A stretch of 64,000 nt of DNA from Azolla caroliniana (taxonomy: Eukaryota > Plantae > Polypodiophyta). The notes below the pieces were generated by a model. The model was given only the letters and a program-made list of their open reading frames with translations. It had not been told where the DNA came from and did not search any database. The DNA is taken from positions 18,910,001 to 18,974,000 of the forward strand of contig JBHGNT010000010.1 in NCBI GenBank assembly GCA_043228905.1, given 5' to 3'. Position numbers and translations under genes: made by a program. Of this stretch, positions 62,641 through 64,000 are shown piece after piece. Position 1 is the first letter of the stretch. The number at the start of each line of letters is the position of its first letter.

Positions 62641-63265
62641 ATTTTTTTATTTTTTTAAAGATTCACCTTGGTATTAATGGAAAGTTGCCCAAATCCTACA
62701 AAGAACTCATACATGAAAACATAACCACCATACCCACATAAACCAACATGTCCAATAGCAAAAGCCCTCACGCAATTACCCTAGAATTTGTATTTACACA
62801 TCTAAAATTCAAACCCTTCCATAATGGGGGCCGGATAAAGCCAGCTCGGTGGAGCATATCTTCACTTTATTCTTTCCCTAAATGAGGTGAAGACCTTTGC
62901 CTTTGTCTATATTTCTCTAAAATGTTGTTTCTTACGAAACACAACATTAGGCTCACTAGTAATTGCCTCATATTGACCTCTTAGAGCATGTAGAAGCATC
63001 AACAATATCTCCTTGACTAACTCAACTGCATTTTGTTTGACTTTATGAAATACACATGAACATCTTGCCTTCCACAATACCCAAATTACTAAAGAAGATA
63101 GTGTAGCCCAAACCTTGTCTTCTACCAAACAACGGATTGTTGTAGCATAAGAGACATCCAATACTTATCTTCCATAAGAGAGAATAAGAAAATCAACTCA
63201 ATCCTTTTCATAATTTTGTATTTCTTTAGCAAACCTTTCCCATCTCACAAAACCCATGTATCAGA
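62641..63265 (-). mobile_element. 3' end of an L1-like LINE (decayed) with A-rich tail
   Basis: WATLSSLVIWVLWKARCSCVF...LLHALRGQYEAI...RYAPPSWLYPAP is homologous to the C-terminus of the 55534 ORF; T-rich run at 62641-62656. Confidence 0.8.
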
Positions 63266-63289
63266 GATGAATTTGATCAACTAATTGGA

Positions 63290-64000
63290 TCACGTAAGGG
63301 GTTGTCATGGGGATACATTGCGGAAGGTCCAGGAAAAAGTATAGAATGTTGGAGACGGTTTATGTCATTGCCAATACAAGAACAAGCCAACATACTCCAT
63401 GGAATCAAGGGTGGATGGGCTATGAGATCTGAAAACATTAATGCTCTATTGATTAGGGAACCTGCTAATCAAAGGACGATAATAGAGAAGTGGATAGGCT
63501 ACGAGGAGGAGGGCTCTTTGATCCCCAGAGGTAGGGAAACACCAGATAGGATTGCACGCTTTGAATTACAAGACAATGAGACACCAACACAATATAAGGA
63601 AATTCGAGTACTAGCGTATATTGGGCATAAGTGGATTGTAGATCCTGATCCTATCAAAGTACAACTAGATTGGCACATATGTACTCACGAAAACACATGG
63701 CTACGTAAGGTTAGTTGGGACCCTTTGCAATGGACATGGCATGATCCTTACGTGGGGCAAGGAAGCAAACCCATCCCTTTCTTTCAATTCACAACTAGAT
63801 TGGGTCGCCATATTCTAGCTACTCAAACCCCCTGAGAGCCGGTTGCTGCAAAGGTCTGGCACACATATCATGTTCCTCACACAATTATCACCAAGTTCTG
63901 GAAACAAATATGGAAACAACAACACACACGACGAATCACCACCTTCCAATGTCTATTAATACATAGGTCACTACCGGTTGGTGCATGGCAGCATGGGAAC
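63290..64000 (+). mobile_element. L1-like LINE ORF2 fragment running off the window end
   Basis: WIVDPDP...LRKVSWDPLQWTW...IPFFQFTTRLGRHIL, a stop, then FWKQIWKQ..TRRITTFQCLLIHRSLPVGAW; homologous to the N-terminal half of the 55534 ORF. Confidence 0.82.

Overview
Plant nuclear DNA: AT-rich, with spliceosomal introns, many microsatellites and decayed retroelements. It is most likely a fern or other seed-free vascular plant, inferred from the 36-aa L-motif PPR arrays and the element types. Seven protein-coding genes are supported. Three are single-exon PLS-class PPR genes ending in a partial E domain with no DYW (2182-4176 -, 5329-7083 +, 14413-18036 +). The others are an intronless glycine-rich RRM protein with an organelle-type presequence (8980-9552 -), a 3-exon ATL-type RING-H2 E3 ligase (20061-21794 +), a 24-exon full-size ABCG/PDR transporter (24779-35990 -) and an 11-exon ABCB/MDR transporter (42062-47442 -). 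The ABCG introns carry a 2H-phosphoesterase pseudogene, an RTE-like LINE relic, a probable P-class PPR relic and a tandem amplification of the gene's own first splice donor. The last 15 kb is gene-free, with a Ty3/gypsy pol relic, several zf-RVT LINE fragments, a solo LTR and two convergent tRNA-like heads. The best candidate for an undescribed system is the group of DYW-less, apparently presequence-less P-L(36)-S PPR genes around an ORRM-like RRM gene; its function is inference only. All coordinates and splice sites were read by eye and no searches were run.
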